This document shows positions 1 through 14,768 of a stretch of DNA of 64,000 bases, in pieces. A program made the position numbers and the translations under genes. Every line of letters starts with the position of its first letter. Positions within the stretch are counted from its first letter, which is position 1. This stretch comes from an uncultured Actinomycetes bacterium. Its GTDB lineage: Bacteria > Actinomycetota > UBA4738 > HRBIN12. The notes beneath the pieces are model-generated. The model had not been told where the DNA came from and did not search any database. It worked only from the letters and a program-made list of their open reading frames with translations. Where the stretch lies: NCBI GenBank assembly GCA_963723855.1, contig CAVRSI010000011.1, forward strand, positions 122,181 through 186,180, written 5' to 3'.

Positions 1-4172
<4,172 letters not shown>

Positions 4173-4474
4173 AGAGAATCCGAGTCCCCGAGCCCGAGGG
4201 CTTGCCTCGAGCTTTGGGGGGTTCGTTTTCGGTTTGGAGTCGGCCCGACGGGAAAGCACTTCCCCCGGACCGATTTCAGCTGATCCCGCCCGTTGTCCGG
4301 ACGGTTTCAGTACTACCGTCTGCTGCACTCTGAGACACGGCGAACCGCGCCTCCCAGCTGACGGGAAAGCACTGGCTTTTGACACACTGTTCAGTTCTCA
4401 AGGTGCGAGGGGACGCGTGATCCCAGCTGATGACACCAGAAGAGGCACCTCAGGGTGGGGCGCGCCGGATAGGT

Positions 4475-4502
4475 ATCGTAGCAGCGTTCGCTGGGCCGTC
4501 AA
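4475..4502 (-). promoter_or_regulatory. Putative rRNA operon promoter (TTGACG-N16-TACGAT)
   Basis: Reverse complement of 4475-4502 reads TTGACGgcccagcgaacgctgcTACGAT, about 300 nt upstream of the 16S 5' end. The leader in between carries a duplicated AGTGCTTTCCCGTC motif (plus-strand copies at about 4240 and 4360). Confidence 0.5.
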
Positions 4503-4508
4503 CCGGGA

Positions 4509-5714
4509 CTAGGCCAGACGGCCGAACCAGCGCCGTCCGACCTGCAGGACCTTGCCGGCCAGCTCCTCGCGGCGCGCCTCGTACGAGGGATCGGTCACCG
4601 GTTCGTCGTCTAGCCTGACCCCGCCCTGCTCGATCCGCCGGCGGGCGTCGCCGTTGGAGGAGGCCAGGTCCAGGGCCACGAGCAGCCTCGGCAACCACAC
4701 CATCCCGTCTTCGGCGGCCCCGTCCGGGATCTGCACCTCGGGCACCACCTCAGGGAGCTCACGGTCGCGATGGACCCGGTTGAAGGCCTCCTCCGCGCGT
4801 GCCCCTGCGCCCGCCCCGTGATAGAGGTCCACCACCATCCGGGCCATCGCCCGCTTCTGGTCGTTGGCCTTCAGCGACCCATCTTCGAGACCCGACTCGA
4901 CGCCCGTGACCGCGTCCGTCGGCCGCCACGCCGCCAGCCACAGGTATTTGCCGATCAGCCCGTCGGGGATCCTCATCAGCTTGCCGAACATCTCGTCGGG
5001 TGCCTCCGTGATGCCCACGTAGTTCCCGAGCGATTGGCTCATCTTCTGGACCCCGTCGAGCCCCTCGAGGAGCGGCACGGTCATCGCGACCTGCGGGGCC
5101 TGATCCCACGAGCGTTGGAGCTCCCGCCCGACCAGCAGGTTGAAGAGCTGATCGGTTCCGCCCAGCTCGATGTCTGCCTCCACCGCCACCGAGTCATAGC
5201 CCTGCAGGAGCGGGTACATGAACTCCATGATCGAGATCGGACGGCCGTCCGCGTAGCGTGCCGCGAAGTCGTCGCGTTCGAGCATCCGAGCCACCGTGTA
5301 CGAAGACGTGAGCCGCAGCACGGCCTCCATGTCCATGCGCTCGAGCCACTCGGAGTTGTACCGGACCTCGAGTCGCTCGGTCGACAGGATCAGGCCGAAC
5401 TGCTCCAGGAGCCGCTCCGCGAATGCCTTGACGACGTCCTTGTCGAGTCGCGGGCGCGTCTCCGACTTCCCGGACGGATCGCCCACCCGGGCGGTGAAGT
5501 CGCCGACGATCAGCACCGCGACGTGCCCGGCGTCCTGGAACTGGCGGAGCTTGCGGAGCACGACGGCCCAACCGAGCGTCACATCCGATGCGGTGGGATC
5601 CAGCCCGAGCTTCACCCGCAACGGTCTTCCGAGCGCGAGCTTCTCCGCGAGTCCGCCTTCGGGAACGACCTCGGCGGTCCCGTCCTTCAGCAGGGCGAGA
5701 GCGTCGGGAGCCAT
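4509..5714 (-). CDS. tyrS: Tyrosyl-tRNA synthetase
   Basis: 401 aa ORF with class I motifs (KMSQS), tyrosine-binding region and a C-terminal S4-like domain. Confidence 0.95.
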   Translation of the reverse strand: MAPDALALLKDGTAEVVPEGGLAEKLALGRPLRVKLGLDPTASDVTLGWAVVLRKLRQFQDAGHVAVLIVGDFTARVGDPSGKSETRPRLDKDVVKAFAERLLEQFGLILSTERLEVRYNSEWLERMDMEAVLRLTSSYTVARMLERDDFAARYADGRPISIMEFMYPLLQGYDSVAVEADIELGGTDQLFNLLVGRELQRSWDQAPQVAMTVPLLEGLDGVQKMSQSLGNYVGITEAPDEMFGKLMRIPDGLIGKYLWLAAWRPTDAVTGVESGLEDGSLKANDQKRAMARMVVDLYHGAGAGARAEEAFNRVHRDRELPEVVPEVQIPDGAAEDGMVWLPRLLVALDLASSNGDARRRIEQGGVRLDDEPVTDPSYEARREELAGKVLQVGRRWFGRLA

Positions 5715-5765
5715 GGCGACCGGATGCTACCAGCGCGAACGGGAGCCACGGGTAGACTCGCTCAC

Positions 5766-8013
5766 GTGCGGAAGAGCTCGGGACTCCCCCTCGTTCTCTT
5801 CGTCGTCTTCGCGACCATCACGTCAGCGTGCGGCGGTCTCCCACGGCTGTCCGACTACCGCCAACGGTCGATCCCGCTCGCCCAGACCTCGTTCCTGTAT
5901 GCGTCCGACGGAAGCCTCATCACCGAGCTGCACGCCGGCGTGGACCGGGTGATCCTGTCTCGAACCCAGATGCCGCAGACGATCCGCGACGCGGTCGTCG
6001 CCATCGAGGACAAGCGCTTCTACTACCACCACGGGTTCGACCTGCGCGCGATCATCCGTGCGGCCTACGCGGACGTCTCCGCGGGCCAGATCGTCGAGGG
6101 TGGATCCACGATCACGCAGCAGCTCGTGAAGCAGCTGTACGTCGGTGACGACGAGACCCTGCGTCGGAAGATCGACGAGGCGGTGCTCGCCTGGCAGCTC
6201 GAGGACCGGCTCACCAAGGATCAGATCCTCACGAAATACCTCAACACGGTGTACTTCGGTCAGGGCGCGTACGGCATCCAGGCGGCCGCACGCTCGTACT
6301 TCGGGATCGACGCGAAGGACCTCACCCTCTCTCAGATCCGCCTTGCTGGCCGGGCTGATCCGCGCGCCGAACGACTTCGACCCGTTCGCCCACCCGGTGC
6401 ACGCACGCGTCAGGCGTAACAACGTGCTTCGGCAGATGCTCGACCAGGGGATGATCACGCCGTCCCAGAAGGACGAGGCCGTCGCCGAGCCGATCGAGCT
6501 CCACGCGTTCACGTCTCGTCAGCGGTACCCCTTCCCCTACTTCGTCGACTACTTCAAGCAATGGTTCCTCTCGAACCCGGCGTTCGGAAAGACGCGCGAG
6601 GACCGATACCAACTGCTGTTCACCGGCGGGCTCCGCATCACGACCACCATCGATCCCCAGTTCCAGCGGTACGCGCAGAGCGCGGTCCGCTCCGTGCTCC
6701 CGTATCCTGGCGACCCATCGGGCGCGATGACCGTGATCGACCCCCGGACGGGCTACGTCCGCGCGATGGTCGGCGGGGACGACGCCGACTACTGGAACGC
6801 CAACTCCGGCGACGGTCGCGTGAACCTCGCGACGGGAGGCAGCACCGGCCGGCAGGCGGGCTCGTCGTTCAAGCCGTTCGCCCTGGTGGCCGCGCTGGAG
6901 AACGGCATCTCGCCGAGCACGGTGTTCTCCGCGCCGTCCTCGATCGACATCCCGCTCGACAACGGCGAAGTGTGGCACGTGACCAACGCCGAGCCGAGCA
7001 ACTACGGCAGCCTCACTTTGGAGCAGGCGACGATCTCCTCGGTGAACACCGTGTACGCGCAGCTGATCGACGAGCTCGGCGCGCAGACCGTCATCGACGT
7101 CGCCAAGCGAATGGGGATCCGGTGCTGCCAGCGCGTCTCGGAGCCGAAGCGGCCGCTGCTCCCCTACCTGTCGGCCGTCCTCGGGACGAACGAGGTCAAC
7201 ACGCTCGAGATGAGCTCCGCGTACGGGACGCTCGCGACCGGCGGGCAACACGTCAACCCCATCCCGGTGATCAGCATCCTGGATGCGGACGGGCACCCGA
7301 TCTGGCAGGCGAACCCGAACCCCAAGCAGGTCGTCGACCCGGCCGTCGCGTCGGCCGCCAACCAGATCCTGCAGAAGGTCGTGCTGTACGGGACGGGGAC
7401 CGCCGCGAACATCGGGCGGCCGCAGATCGGCAAGACCGGTACGAACCAGAACTACGCGGACGCGTGGTTCGTCGGAGCCATCCCACAGCTGGTCGCCGCC
7501 GTCTGGGTGGGGTTCCCGCAGGGCCAGATCTCCATGTACGGAGGGTTCACGAGGATCACGGTGTTCGGAGGGACGTGGCCGGCGCAGATCTGGCGACTCT
7601 TCATGGAGAAGGCCGCGGCCACGTACCCGGTACGCAGCTTCCCGACACCGGACGTGAACTACGTGGCCGTGGCGGTCGACGTGACCCAGGACCCCTATTG
7701 CCTCCCGAACCAGTTCACGTTGCCGCAGAACATCCAGACCCTGGAGTTCATCGCGGGGACCGAGCCGACGCGCACGTGCACCGAGCCGTCCTCGCTGCAG
7801 TCGATACCCGTCCCGTCGGTCGTCGGACTCTCGCAGGCGGCCGCGATGACGATCCTCGGCGACGCCGGGTTCTACGTGAAGGTGGTCCTGGCCGTCTCGA
7901 CCCAACCGCCGGGCACGGTCATCTCCCAGAGCCCGTCGGCCGGCGTCTCCGCGTTCCAGACGAGCTCCGTCCTCATCACCGTGTCGAAGGATCTCTCGTC
8001 CCCGAGCGGCTAG
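5766..8013 (+). CDS. ponA: Class A penicillin-binding protein (transglycosylase/transpeptidase with C-terminal PASTA domain); apparent frameshift near 6345
   Basis: Glycosyltransferase motifs [10 protein letters not shown] and [11 protein letters not shown] sit in one frame (GTG at 5766; an alternative ATG is at 5724). The continuation [14 protein letters not shown]..., the transpeptidase domain and the PASTA domain are in a second frame (6145..8013). The two frames meet at about 6340-6350. Confidence 0.85.
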
Positions 8014-8632
8014 TGGCCCGCCCGCGGCGCTCGCGAGAGACGGAGGGATCTCCGTCCACCCAGAAGCGCCACGCATGTTCGAGACCCACGCGGATCCCGA
8101 CACGCGGGCCGGCGACGACGAGCGCGCTCGCCGCGGGGGTTCCCTCCGAGATCCAGATGTCGGCTCCGCGAACGAGGTCCGCGCCGTCCAACGATCGGTC
8201 GACGCCGAACGCCTGACAGAGCTTGGCGGGCCCGGAGCAGAGATCGCGATCCTTCGAGCGCCGCACGACGTTCTCGCATCTCGTCCAGCCCTTCGATCGG
8301 CTCGGCGGCACGAAGCAGCACCGCCATCCCCTCTCCCGCTCGGCCCGTGACGGCGTTCATGCAGAAATGCATGCCGTAGGTGAAGTACACGTACAGGTGG
8401 CCCGGTTCGCCGAACATCACGGCGTTCCGCGCCGTCCGCCCCCGGAAGGCGTGGCTCGCCGGGTCATCGGGCTCATACGCCTCGGTCTCCACGATGCGCG
8501 CCGCGAGCCGTGACCCGTCCCCCGAACGCGCCACGAGGATCCTGCCGAGCAGGTCGGGGGCGACCAGCGAGGACCGGCGCGCGTAGAAGCTCCGTGGGAG
8601 TCGCGGCCCGAGGGGTTGGCCGTTGCTCAGGC
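7976..8632 (-). CDS. mpg: DNA-3-methyladenine glycosylase (Mpg/AAG family); apparent frameshift near 8300; start codon uncertain
   Basis: The N-terminal part ([22 protein letters not shown]...[13 protein letters not shown]...) is in the 8010..8810 frame. The C-terminal part ([20 protein letters not shown]...WRFWVDGDP) is in the 7976..8311 frame. No canonical start lies near the expected N-terminus; CTG is the only candidate. Confidence 0.7.
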
Positions 8633-10351
8633 GGGTCGCCCCTTGCGGAGGAACCGGCGGAGCTTCGTCAGAGGCCACGTGTTGATGACATCGTCCTTGG
8701 TGAGCCAGCCGCGCTGCGCCGTCGCCACCCCGAAGCGCATCAATGACAGATGGACCGGCGAATGCGAGTCGGTGTTCACCGCGAACTTCGGTCCGTACCG
8801 CCGCGCCCACAGGATGTGCTCGTCCTTCAGGTCGAGCCTGTCGGGGAACGAGTTCACCTCGAGCGCCGTGCCCGTTCGGGCTGCCGCTTCGAAGACGGCC
8901 TCGAGGTCGAGGTCGATCGGAGGTCGCTTGCCGATCAAGCGCGCGGTGGGATGACCGATCACGTTCACGTAGGGGTTCTCCATGGCGCGGATCATGCGCG
9001 CGGTCAGTTCCTCGCGGGACTGGGTGAAGTGCGAGTGGATCGATGCCACCGTCAGGTCGAACCCGGCCAGGAAGTCGTCGGGCCAGTCGACGTTGCCGTC
9101 GGGGTCGATGTTCAGCTCGGTTCCGTGGAGGAGCGTCATGTCGTGCTCGGCCTGAAGCCCCCGCAGCTGTTCGCGTTGCGCGAGGATCTTGTCGTCGGTC
9201 ATCCGCTGCATCGCCAGGTTCGGCGCGTGATCGGTGACGGCGTAGTAGGCGTAGCCCAATGTCGCGGCGGTCTGCAGCATCTCGCCGAGGGGGGCCAGCC
9301 CGTCGGTCAGGTTCGTATGGGTGTGGAGGTCGCCGCGGAGGTCCTTGAGCTGCAGCACCTTCGGCAGCTCGCCGGCGACCGCCGCCTCGACCTCCCCGCG
9401 GTCCTCCCGGAGGGTCGGCTCGATGTACGGCAGCCCGAGACGCTCGTAGACCTCCTGCTCCGTCTCGGCGGCGAGGAGGTCTCCCGTCTTGGCGTCGAAC
9501 AGCCCGTACTCGTTCAGCTTCAGCCCGGCGCGCACCGCCCGCTCCCGGATGCGGACGTTGTGCGCCTTCGAGCCGGTGAAGTAGATCATCGCCGCACCCC
9601 AGACATCCTTCGGCACGACGCGGAGGTCCACCTGGAGGCCCCTATCGGTCACGATCGAGGACTTCGTGTCGCCGTGCGCGAGCACGCTGGTGACGGAAGG
9701 GAGCCCGACGAACGTGTCCATGATCGGCTCGGCCTGGCCGCTCGCGACCAAGAGGTCGACGTCCCCGATCGTCTCCCGCATCCTCCGCAGCGACCCTGCG
9801 TACGCCGCGCGACGGACCTGCTTGAGCGTGGAGAGCTCGGCCAGGAGCGCCTCGGCGACGTCGAGCGCGACGTTCACGAGCACGCGGCCGCCGGAGTCGG
9901 AGAGTTGTTGGAGACCACGCAGGATGTTCTCTTGGGTCTTGCCTCCGAACCCCTTGAGCGCCGCTACCCGTTCGTCCTCGATGGCCGCCACCAGCTCCGG
10001 GACGGATGAGACGTTCAGCTCCCGGTACAGGACCATCGCCTTCTTCGGGCCGAGGCCGGGGATCGACATCAGCTCGCGCACCCCCGGCGGGATCTGCGCC
10101 CGCAGCGCTTCGAGGTCCGCGAACGTGCCCGTCCGCTGGATCTCGACGATCTTCTCCCCGATCGACTTCCCGACGTTCGGGATCTGCAGGATCCCCTTCA
10201 CGTCGAGCTCCGATACATCGGCGTGATAGCCGCCCACGGAACGCGCCGCCTTCTCGTACGAGCGCGGCTTGTACGAGTCGTCGGTCAGGATCGAGAGCAG
10301 ATCCGCGAACTCGAGGAGGAGCCGTTCGACGTCGTCGTTCGCCCTCGCCAT
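8627..10351 (-). CDS. polX: DNA polymerase X family protein with C-terminal PHP phosphoesterase domain
   Basis: 574 aa ORF with an N-terminal Pol-beta-like HhH/fingers/palm region and C-terminal PHP motifs (HTHT..., DHAP...). Confidence 0.88.
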   Translation of the reverse strand: MARANDDVERLLLEFADLLSILTDDSYKPRSYEKAARSVGGYHADVSELDVKGILQIPNVGKSIGEKIVEIQRTGTFADLEALRAQIPPGVRELMSIPGLGPKKAMVLYRELNVSSVPELVAAIEDERVAALKGFGGKTQENILRGLQQLSDSGGRVLVNVALDVAEALLAELSTLKQVRRAAYAGSLRRMRETIGDVDLLVASGQAEPIMDTFVGLPSVTSVLAHGDTKSSIVTDRGLQVDLRVVPKDVWGAAMIYFTGSKAHNVRIRERAVRAGLKLNEYGLFDAKTGDLLAAETEQEVYERLGLPYIEPTLREDRGEVEAAVAGELPKVLQLKDLRGDLHTHTNLTDGLAPLGEMLQTAATLGYAYYAVTDHAPNLAMQRMTDDKILAQREQLRGLQAEHDMTLLHGTELNIDPDGNVDWPDDFLAGFDLTVASIHSHFTQSREELTARMIRAMENPYVNVIGHPTARLIGKRPPIDLDLEAVFEAAARTGTALEVNSFPDRLDLKDEHILWARRYGPKFAVNTDSHSPVHLSLMRFGVATAQRGWLTKDDVINTWPLTKLRRFLRKGRPA

Positions 10352-10363
10352 GCCGGACCTGCC

Positions 10364-11284
10364 TCAGGCCAGGTCGAACAGCATGAGCAAGAGCGCCTTC
10401 TGCGCGTGGAGCCGGTTCTCCGCCTGGTCCCACACGGCCGAGCGCGGGCCGTCGATCACCTCGGCGCTGATCTCCATGCCCCGGTGGGCGGGGAGGCAGT
10501 GCATCACGATCGCTCCCGGAGCGGCGAGGTCGACCAGCTTCTGGTCCAGCTGGTATCCGCGGAACACCAACTCGCGCTCGTCCGCCTCGTCCTCTTGCCC
10601 CATGCTCGCCCACACGTCGGTGTAGAGGACGTCGGCGCCGGTGGCCGCGTCGACCGGATCGTGGAGCAGGTCCACCGCGCCGCCCGTCTCCATCGCGATC
10701 TCCGTCGCCCGCTTGACCACCTGCGGGATCGGCTCGAACCCCGGCGGCGTCGCCACGCGGACCTTCATGCCGACCTTCGCGCCCGCGAGCAGCAGGGAGT
10801 GCGCGACGTTGTTGCCGTCCCCGAAGTAGGCGAGCGTGCGTCCCTCCGGCCCCCCCAGGCGTTCGCGGATCGTGAACAGGTCGGCGAGCGCCTGGCACGG
10901 ATGCTCGAAGTCGGAGAGGGAGTTGACGACCGAGACCGAAGAGGCAGACGCCAAGAGCTCGAGTCGCTCTTGCTCGAACGTCCTCAGCACGATGGCGTCC
11001 ACGTAGCGGCTGAGCACCCGCCCGGTGTCCTCGATGGTCTCGCCCCGTCCCAATTGGAGGTCCGTCGACGAGATCACCAGCGGATGGGCACCCAGCTCCG
11101 CCACGCCCACCTCGAACGACACCCTCGTTCGGGTGGACGGCTTCTCGAAGACCAGCGCCACCGAGCGTCCGCGAAGGCGGTCGGCGTACGCGTCGGGGTC
11201 GGCCTTCACCTTGCCCGACAGCTCGAGCAGCCCGATGAGCTCGGCCGGGGACAGGTCGTCGACGGAGAGGTAGTGACGCGCCAT
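10364..11284 (-). CDS. argF: Ornithine carbamoyltransferase
   Basis: 306 aa ORF with the STRTR carbamoyl-phosphate motif, the DVWASMGQE ornithine motif and HCLP. Confidence 0.9.
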   Translation of the reverse strand: MARHYLSVDDLSPAELIGLLELSGKVKADPDAYADRLRGRSVALVFEKPSTRTRVSFEVGVAELGAHPLVISSTDLQLGRGETIEDTGRVLSRYVDAIVLRTFEQERLELLASASSVSVVNSLSDFEHPCQALADLFTIRERLGGPEGRTLAYFGDGNNVAHSLLLAGAKVGMKVRVATPPGFEPIPQVVKRATEIAMETGGAVDLLHDPVDAATGADVLYTDVWASMGQEDEADERELVFRGYQLDQKLVDLAAPGAIVMHCLPAHRGMEISAEVIDGPRSAVWDQAENRLHAQKALLLMLFDLA

Positions 11285-11295
11285 CGGCGCGCAGT

Positions 11296-13696
11296 CTATA
11301 CGGGAGGCCGCGCTCGCGCTTCGTCGCCTCCGTCGCGGAGCTCGCCGCGCAGGTCCTGCGCGACCCGGGCACTGATGCGACCGACCGCCTCGTCGGCCTC
11401 GTCGCGCTCGAGCGTGCGGGAGGGGTCGCGGAACTCCACCGAGAACGCCAAGCTCTTCTTGCCGGCCGGCAACGGAGGTCCGGTGTGGACGTCGAACAGG
11501 ATGCAGGAGGCCACGAGGTCGCCGCCCGCCTCGCGGATGGCCGACACGACGGCGTCGTGCGGGACCGCTTCGTCGAGCACGAACGACAGGTCCCGGCGGA
11601 TGGGTGGGAACCTCGGGACGTCGCCGGCCTGCAGCGTCGTCGCGGCATGGCGCATGAGCGTCTCGATCTCGAGCTCCGCCGTGGCGATGCGCCCGGGGAC
11701 GTCGAGCGACTCCGCCACCCGCGGGTGGATCTCGCCGAGCACGCCGACGCGCGCGCCGTCGACCAGGACGAACGCCGAGCGACCCGGATGGAACAACGGG
11801 CCGGGAGGCTCACCCAGCGACCACACGATCCCGAGATCGGCCATCAACGCGTCGACCGCCCCCTTCGCATCGAAGAAGTCGTACTCGCGACGACCTGTCC
11901 AGGCGCTCTCGGCCGCTCCCGTGAACGCGAGGGCGGCCATGGGCCGCTCCTGGGGCTCCCCTTCGACCATCCGGAAGACCGTCCCGACCTCGAAGAGGGC
12001 GACGCTGCGCACCTGCCGGTAGGCGTTGCGGCGGATCGCGGCGAGCAGGCCCGGAGTGAGCCGCGTTCGGAGCCAGGGATCGTCGGCCTGCAGCGGGTTC
12101 GTGACGGCGATCGCATCGCCGTCGCCCGTCAGCGCCAGGTCCGCGTCGGATGCGAACGGGAACGACCGGACCTCCCGCAGCCCGGCCCGCATCAACGAGG
12201 TCCGGACACGGTGGCGGAACTCGTAGGCGTCCGGCATCCCTCCGGGCTGGCGGATCGCCGGGAGGGTCGATCCGACCCGGTCGTAGCCCTGGACGCGCAC
12301 GACCTCCTCGATCAGATCGACCTCGCGCTCGATGTCCACCCGATAGCCGGGCACCTCGACCGTCACGTCGTCGCCCGAGACCTCCGACCGCATCATCAGG
12401 CGTTCGAAGACCTGGGCCGCGTCCCCCGGCGAGACGTCGTAGCCGATCAGCGTCGTGGCCCGGCCGGCACGCATCGTCACGTGCCGCCGCTGCGGCACGG
12501 CTCCGGCCTCGACCGTGCCGCGAAGGACGCGGGCGCCGCACCACTCCGCCATCGAGACGGCACGCCCGATCCGCCCCGATCGACGCAGCCTCGGGATCGA
12601 CCCCGCGCTCGAACCGCATCGAAGCCTCGGTGGAGAGGTCGATCCGCCGTCGCGTCCTCTGGATCCCGCCGCGTTCGAAGGACGCCGCCTCGAGCAGGAC
12701 CTGATCGGTCGCGTCGGAGATCTCGGCGACGGAACCGCCCATCACGCCGGCGATGCCGACCGGACGCTCGAGGTCGCAGATCAGCAGGTCGTCGTCGGTG
12801 AGCGTCCGTTCGACGTCGTCGAGGGTGACCATCCGCTCGCCCTCGGCCGCCCGTCGCACGACGATCCCCGGGCCCTTGAGGAGCGCGAGATCGAACGGAT
12901 GCAGCGGTTGTCCGATCTCGAGCATCGCGTAGTTCGTGGCATCGACGGCGGCCGAGATCGGACGCATCCCCGCAGCGGTCAGGCGCGCCTGCACGCGGAC
13001 CGGCGATCTGGTGTGCCGAACGCCGCGAAGGATGCGAGCGACGTAGTGGGAGCACCGCTCCGGGTCGACGACGTCGACCGTGGCGACGCCTTCGGCGGGC
13101 TCCTCGTCCTCGACCACATCGATCGGCGGGAGCGTGAACGGGACCCCCGTCGCGGCCGCAACCTCCCGCGCCACGCCGATCACGGACAGGAAGTCGGCCC
13201 GGTTCGGCGTCACCTCGATATCGAGGACCGCGTCGTCCAGTCCCAGCGCCGCCTTCAGATCGTCGCCCGGCGTGAGGTCGTCGCCGAGGAGCAGGATGCC
13301 TTCATGGGTCGGCGCGATGCCCAACTCCATCGGCGAGCAGAGCATGCCTTCGGACACCACGCCCCGGATCTCGCGCGCGGTGAGCGGGGCCGGCAGCGCC
13401 GGTACCCGCGCGCCCGGTCCCGCGAGCGGTACGAGATCGCCCGCGACCATGTTGCGAACGCCGACGACAACCTCACGCTCCGACGAGCCGGTGCTCACGC
13501 GTGCCAGGCAGAGCTTGTCCGAGTTCGGATGGTCGCGGACCTCGAGGACCTTCGCGACGACGACGCCCTCGAGCCCGTCCCACGGGCGCTCGATCCGTTC
13601 GACCTCCGAGCCTTTCGACGTGAGGAGCTCGGCCAGATCCTCCGCCGAGAGGTCGACCGGGCAGCACTCGAGCAGCCAGGAGCGGACGATCTTCAT
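11296..13696 (-). CDS. pheT: Phenylalanyl-tRNA synthetase beta subunit; apparent frameshift near 12545
   Basis: The N-terminal 629 aa (MKIVRSWL... through B3/4 and B5 domains) is in the 11810..14314 frame. The C-terminal 418 aa, including the FDX-ACB domain, is in the 11296..12552 frame. Removing a single T near the ADRA/AVSMAEWCG junction would restore the frame. Confidence 0.9.
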
Positions 13697-14739
13697 GCGA
13701 CGCCTTGGAACTGCTCGAGGAAGCGCACGTCGCCCTCGACGAATAGCCGCATGTCCGGCACGCCGTACTGGATCATGGCGACCCGCTCGATCCCCAGGCC
13801 GAACGCGAACCCGGTGTACCGCTCGCTGTCGTACCCGCAATTCTCGAGCACCTTGGGATGGACCATGCCGGCGCCGAGCAGCTCGATCCAGCCGTTGCCG
13901 CACGTGCGGCACCCGACGCCGTCGCAGATGAAGCACGATACGGCGACCTGGGCCCCCGGCTCGACGAACGGGAAGTAGTCGGGGTTCAGGCGCACCTTGC
14001 GATCGCCCCCGAACATCGCTCGTGCGAACGTCTCCAGCGTCCCCTTCAGGTCGGCGAACGAGATGCCCTCGTCGACCGCCAGACATTCGACCTGATGGAA
14101 GACGGGCAGGTGCGTCGCGTCGGGGGTCTCCTGGCGATACACCCGACCGGGAGACACGATGTGGATCGGCGGATCCTGCGTCTCCATGGTGCGGATCTGC
14201 GCGGCGGACGTCTCGGTGCGCAGCAGGCGGCCGGGGATGTCGACGTAGAGCGAGTCCTTCATGGTCCGGGCGGGGTGGTCCGGCGGGATGTTCAGCGCCT
14301 CGAAGTTGTGCCAATCGTCCTCGATCTCCGGGCCCTCCACCACCTGGTAGCCCATCCGGGTGAAGACCTCGACGATCCGCCGCTCCACGATGGCGAGCGG
14401 GTTCAGGGATCCCGGACGCGGCCGGCGACCCGGGAGTGTCACGTCGACACCGTCGGCTTCGAGCAGGCGCGACTCGGCCGCCAGATCGAGCGCCGCTCTG
14501 CGCTCGTCGATCGCCGCCGTCAGCGCGTCGCGGACCTCGTTCGCGAGCATCCCCACGGCTTTGCGGTCCTCGTGGTCGAACGAGCCCAGGGCGCGTTGCG
14601 CCTCGGCGAAGCGGCCCTTCCGCCCGAGCACGGAGGACTTCGCGGCCTCCAGCTCCTCACGCGACGTCGCAGCGGCGATCGCCGCGAGGCCGCGGGCGCG
14701 CTCTTCCTCGAGGATCGTGCGGGCTTCGTTGGCGTCCAT
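13693..14739 (-). CDS. pheS: Phenylalanyl-tRNA synthetase alpha subunit
   Basis: About 348 aa starting MDANEARTIL, with class II aaRS motifs. It overlaps the pheT start by 4 nt (ATGA). Confidence 0.93.
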   Translation of the reverse strand: MDANEARTILEEERARGLAAIAAATSREELEAAKSSVLGRKGRFAEAQRALGSFDHEDRKAVGMLANEVRDALTAAIDERRAALDLAAESRLLEADGVDVTLPGRRPRPGSLNPLAIVERRIVEVFTRMGYQVVEGPEIEDDWHNFEALNIPPDHPARTMKDSLYVDIPGRLLRTETSAAQIRTMETQDPPIHIVSPGRVYRQETPDATHLPVFHQVECLAVDEGISFADLKGTLETFARAMFGGDRKVRLNPDYFPFVEPGAQVAVSCFICDGVGCRTCGNGWIELLGAGMVHPKVLENCGYDSERYTGFAFGLGIERVAMIQYGVPDMRLFVEGDVRFLEQFQGVA

Positions 14740-14768
14740 CTGGCCGCCGAGTCTAACAACGTCCCTGT

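Noticed and set aside
6322-8103. Long antisense or out-of-frame ORFs: minus 593 aa at 6322-8103, plus 551 aa at 6561-8216, minus 723 aa at 9642-11813, plus 599 aa at 10223-12022, plus 793 aa at 44104-46485, and many others rich in Arg/Gly/Pro/Ala
   Set aside because: These are typical stop-codon-poor artefacts of about 70% GC DNA. They overlap well-supported genes on the other strand or frame and have no recognisable motifs.
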